Assembly (NCBI GenBank): GCA_951406725.2
Contig: OX597836.1
Span: 20,274,001 to 20,338,000 of the forward strand
Source of the DNA: Octopus vulgaris
Lineage: Eukaryota
DNA length: 64,000 bases
Direction of reading: 5' to 3'
In this document: positions 55,577 to 61,500 of the stretch, in pieces
How the letters are laid out: each line of letters opens with the position of its first letter
Position numbering within the stretch: the first letter of the stretch is position 1
Notes under the pieces: model-generated
Seen by the model: the letters and a program-made list of their open reading frames with translations, nothing else
Told to the model about the DNA's origin: nothing
Database searches by the model: none
Translations under genes and position numbers: made by a program

Positions 55577-58500
55577 GGCATCATATGATGGTTGTAAATG
55601 TGCATCACTGTCATAGAAGCAGTGTCATTCAATTCTAATATTCAGAAAAAATATGTCTGTCCATGGATAGGAAAATGTTTGTTGCTTTACTTGGAAATAG
55701 GTGAGAGTTGACAACAAGAAAAGTATTAGAAAAAAATCTTCTTCAGTAAACTCTGTCCAGTACTTGCAAGCATGGAAAAGTGAAGATTAAAACAATGATA
55801 TCAGTGTGTGTGTATGTTTGAATATATGTCTGTATTGTGGACATATTCAATACTTTAAAATCTAATTTATGTTGATTTTTTTTTTCAGCTAATCATCCTT
55901 TCTACTGTAACCAGTCTGGAATGTTCCAGTGCAAAAATGCCCAGGGCCCCGAGGACTGCATCTATCCTTTGATGTTTTGTGATGGTAACATTGACTGTCC
56001 CGATCAGTCAGATGAGACTCTGTGTGGTGAGTGATTGTCAATGTTGTTGTTGTTGTTTTATCAAGGATTGATTGATCATCAGGATTGGTAGATCATCTAC
56101 AGGATTGGTAGATCATCTACAGGATTGGTAGATCATCAGACTGCATTCTGAGTTTTCCCTTCTGCTGCCATAACCATGTCTCACTACTACTATTTGCTGA
56201 AACTATTTTGGGGAATCTACCATGCAACGCCTTCTCCTGCCAGTCAGATAATTTCTGTTCTTTTTTCTGGTTTTTAAGTTTGCTTGGTGTTTTGGTTTCC
56301 CTATGTCCTGCTATGACACTAGTAGCCTTTAATAAACTTTCTTCACTATTACCTACATAGGAATCTATATCTACTCTAGCTAACTCCTTACAGTCTTTTA
56401 TTGATATTAACCCTCTTCCACCTTCCTTTTTAGGTATGTATAATCTTGCTACTCCTGCCCTTGGGTGGAGTCCTCCATTCATATTGAATTCCTTCCTAGT
56501 TCTTCTGTCTAGCTTTGCTAATTCAGTTGTTGTCCAATCTACAAAAGCTACTGAGTATCTAAGTAACAACACGGCCCAAGTACTTACAACCTTCACTAGA
56601 TTCGGACCATCTAACTTTGGCTTCATTAGCTTCCTCACCCTTCTGATGTACTCTTTACTCTCTTTTACTCTTTTACTTGTTTCAGTCATTTGACTGCGGC
56701 CATGCTGGAGCACCGCCTTTAGTCGAGCAAATCGACCCTGGGACTTATTCTTTGTAAGCCCAGTACTTATTCTATCGGTCTGTTTTGCCGAACCGCTAAG
56801 TGACGGGGACGTAAGCACACCAGCATTGGTTGTCAAGAAATGCTAGGGAGACAAACACAGACACACAAACACACACATATATATACACATATATACGACA
56901 GGCTTCTTTCAGTTTCGTCTACCAAATCCACTCACAAGGCATTGGTCGGCCCGGGGCTATAGCAGAAGACACTTGCCCAAGATGCCACGCAGTGGGACTG
57001 AACCCGGAACCATGTGGTTAGTTAGCAAGCTACTTACCACACAGCCACTCCTGCGCCTACTCCTTCTCAATTTTCATTTTCATTTCTACAGTTAGTACTC
57101 TGTCAGATTCTAATACTCCTTGATACTTATAACTCTCTCCTCCTTTCAATGATTTTAATGTCTGGCCATCTGGTAATTGGATGCCTTCTCTGTTGACTAC
57201 CTGATCCCTACTCATAACTAATATTGCACACTGGACAGCTTCACAGAAACTGGCAAGTCTAGGTCCCGCACCAGATTCCATAGTCTGTTTTGGCTTGGTT
57301 TCTACAACTCAATGCCCTTCCTAATGCCAACCACTTTACAGGGTGTACTGGGTAGTTTTGTGTGGCACTAGCACCCATACCAGTGCTTTTTACATGGCAT
57401 CTTGGTTTTAGTATCTCATTTCTGTTGTGGTGGACAGGTCTTCTTGAGTACAGCATATCTTGGTCCTGTGTCATCTTTTGTAAGGCTCAGCATTTTGAGA
57501 TCAGCCTTCAGTACTTTGTTCCTTGTCTTCCTCGGTCTCCCTTGTCTACAACTTCCCTCCATTTTCTTTGTTTTTTGTTTGTTTGCTTTTATACTGGTGT
57601 GCCGGTGGCACGTAAAAAGCACCATCCGATCGTGGCCGTTTGCCAGCCACATCTGGCACCTGTGCCGGTGGCACGTAAAAAGCACCCACTACACTCACGG
57701 AGTGGTTGGCATTAGGAAGGGCATCCAGCCATAGAAACATTGCCAGATCAGACTGGGCCTGGTGCAGCCTTCTGGCTTCCCAGACCCCAGTTGAGCCGTC
57801 CAACCCATGCTAGCATGGAAAGCGGACACTAAATGATGATGATGATGATGATGATGGCAGTGGTAATGATGATGAACTACCTGTTGTTATTTATCTTACT
57901 CCAATCTATTTCAGATGCCTACCAATGTCAAGCAAATCAGTTCAAGTGTTCTACAAGCCTGAAATGCATCCCAAAGCACCTTGCCTGTGACAAAAAATTC
58001 CATTGTTTGTCTGGAGAGGACGAAAGGAACTGTAGTAAGTATTTAAAATATAAATTCAGAATCTATTTTCTTTTTGTTATTTACTCCTCCCAAGGCAACG
58101 AACTGCCAGAATCATTGTCAAACCAGGCAAAAATGCTTAGCGGTATTTCATTTTTCTTTATGTTCTGAGTTCGAAATTTCCCCAAGACACCTGATGAAGG
58201 CTGGAGAGTATATCAGCCGAAACGTTGTGCTAACAACAAACAAGATGAGGACAAATATCCATTAAATGTAAATAATGTACATAATTCCTCATCTCTTAAA
58301 TATACAACTGAATAATCTCTTTGTTTCTCTGAGCAAACGTAGCAGTTAGTATTTTGTTGATCAACACTGCTGGATAAAATTATAATGAAACTAATTATCT
58401 AGTTCACTAAACGAATGCTCTTTTTTAAGATTCTGTTCAGCTGAAACCCTTGTACTGACCTAATTACTTTTTCTTGATTCCCTTTAATTGACATCGAATG

Positions 58501-61500
58501 TAAACCGAATGAATTCAAATGCTGGAACAACAACTGCATCCCGAGCGTGAATAGATGTGATGGTGATAACGATTGCCGTGACTTCTCCGATGAAATCAAC
58601 TGCCACAATCATACGTGTCCGGAGAACTTCTTTCAATGTAATATTTCCAAGAAATGCATCCAAAATAATTGGGTATGTGATCTCCACCCAGACTGTGGCG
58701 AGAATGACAATACAGACGAGGTGAACTGTGGTAAGTATTTCACTGTCTCACTTTCTTAATAAGAACCTGTTGTTATTGTGGTGGTGGTGGTGGTTGCTAT
58801 GGTTGTTACTGAGGCATCTCCCCATTTTTTTAACCCCATGACAATGGCTTTTTTTTGTCAGGCAACTAGGTTGCACTGACGGTAATTATCTTGGCTGAGT
58901 GTACAACAACAGTTTGGTATATATCAGCATCAACTGCTTTAAGCAATGTTTATTTATGTATACTGTCATCACTGCGAAGACTGTAAATTTAACAAAACTG
59001 GCATGGCTAGATGCAACTGGAAATTCCATGAAGGACCAGAAGAATTTGCTGAACGTGTATGAATTTAATAGGAAGTTATAATGGAAATGCTGCCTTTTAT
59101 ACTATTATGGTGATGAAGTCTCAAACTGTGTTGGAAATATTTACATGAAGAGTCTAACAAACTTATCAGATTCTTTGAAATTTGCATGGTGGCCTCTATT
59201 ATTAATTCCGTGAGTGATATTTATATCAACTGTACACAACCAGATACAAAACCGCAGCAGATAGGACTGTGTATATTTTTGTCATCTGATTCAAAGCAAG
59301 TACACACCGCACGTAAATTCATGTCAACCGATGTTATGGATTTAGAACTTAGATATGTTTCGACCACAGATTGGTCCAGGCCATGTCTAACTTAATAGCA
59401 CCACCTGATAGGATTATCTAAATCCTGTTTAAGTCAAGTTTTGTTTATGGTCCATTCAAGTAGTGAGTTTTTGTTGGGTGAGTTGTATCCAATTATGGGT
59501 GGCTTCTCTGGTATTCCTTGAAGGAATCTATCCAGACTCCGTTTAAAGTTGATGGGATCCTTTTCTTCTTTGATGTTATTTTTATTATTTACTTTTTTCT
59601 TCTAATTCTTCTCAGCTGAAACCTCTTGTGAAGCTGGACTTTTCTGGTGCCATGACAGAAACTGTATTTCCCAGAAGTGGGTCTGTGATGGTGAAGAAGA
59701 TTGTACTAATGGAATAGATGAAACAGACTGTTGTAAGTTTCTCTCTCTTTCACTTTTTTTTTTTTTTGTTCCTTATCCTTCTTGGTTGTATATGCACCCC
59801 CCCCATTCCTTTTTGATTTCATATTTGTCAAGTGTAGGTGAGTACTGGGGCAGAGTGGCTTTTTTTTCAGGCATTCAGTAGGCTGAGAACCCTTAAAGCT
59901 ATAAGATAGTCAATGACTGATGAACATTTACCATTAAACACAGGCACACAGCTATGTATGGGGCTGGATTTATGTGTAGGGTAACATGAGCCATGGCCTG
60001 GGTTTCCCCAAGGGAAACAATGCCAAAGCTAACATTGAAGACCAACACATTCCTTAGGCGAGTCCTGTCAAACTATGCAACCCATACCAATATGGAATAC
60101 AAATGTTAAATCAGTGTGTCTCAATTGGGGTCCGTATGACCCCTTGGTGTCCATATAAGATTTTCGGAGGTCCACACAAGCAAAATAGTAAATTGGGTCC
60201 ATGAAGAAATGTTACTTTGGGTGTATTTATTGCAAGAAACAGCTTGGTTTCTTTCTCCAACATTTTATAGAGTTTGACCTACACAAGTGAATAACAAAAT
60301 AGGGATTTTGAAAAAAGTATCTATAAAACTAGCAAGTAGCTTGCTAACCAACCACATGGTTCTGGGTTCAGTCCCACGGCGTGGCATCTTGGGCAAATGT
60401 CTTCTGCTATAGCCCTGGGCCAACCAATGCCTTGTGAGTGGATTTGGTAGACGGAAACTGAAAGAAGCCTGTCATATATATGTATATATATAAATATGTA
60501 TGTGTGTCTGTGTTTGTCCCCCTAGCATTGCTTGACAACCGATGCTGGTGTGTTTACGTCCCCGTCACTTAGCGGTTCGGCAAAAGAGACCGATAGAATA
60601 AGTACTGGGCTTACAAAAAGAATAAGTCCCGGGGTCGATTTGCTCGACTAAAAGGCGGTGCTCCAGCATGGCCGCAGTCAAATGACTGAAACAAGTAAAA
60701 GAGTAAAACTAGATTTTTTTAACATCAAATGGCTATGGGTGTCCACCACAATAAGTTAGTAATAAAAAGGGGCCCCATAGTTTTAAAAAATGGGTTGAGA
60801 ATCATCTGTGTTAAATGATGATGAGAAGGAAGAGGAGGAGCAAGACAGTTTCCCAAACATGTCCAAGGAGGGCTGTAATCTGAAAAACTACCTCAGACCA
60901 TGACAATTCTTCCAGCCTGTGCCAGCATGGAGAGGACATAAAATGGTGGTAGTGATGGCAATATTGGTGACAGTGATGATGATGGTTGGGGTGGTGGAAG
61001 TGGTAGTGGTTGTGATTGATTAATTGATTGACTGATTGATTGACAAACAAAATATAATCAGTCTTCGGTATTTTTGTGGGGTGTTTTTTTGCCTAAAATG
61101 AATGCCATTTTTTCTTATGTATAAATTTCTTCTGTCTGTCTGTCCCTCTTTCTAGTTAACAATTGTCCAAATAATCTCTTCCGCTGCAACAATGGCAAGT
61201 GCATAAGTCAAAGTTTTGTGTGTGATGGTATGCCACACTGCAACGACAGCAGTGATGAAGCTCATTGTGCAACCCGTAAGTATATCCTCTCCTCATCTTA
61301 TTCTTCATGTGCTTTCACTGCACTACCAAACACAGCTGTGTGTGCCTTGGATATGTGCTTTATTTTCACTGTATTGAATGTGCTTTATGTAGATGTGTGT
61401 GGTGCTATTTTCTGTATGTTACATACATTTGTAAGACCTGGTGTTTTGGTTAGGTACTTGTCTAAACATTTTTCAATCATACCTAATGCAGCTATTATTA

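Noticed and set aside
56117-56836. 239-aa ORF as a nested gene
   Set aside because: Chance in-frame fusion of SINE A with a LINE RT fragment.
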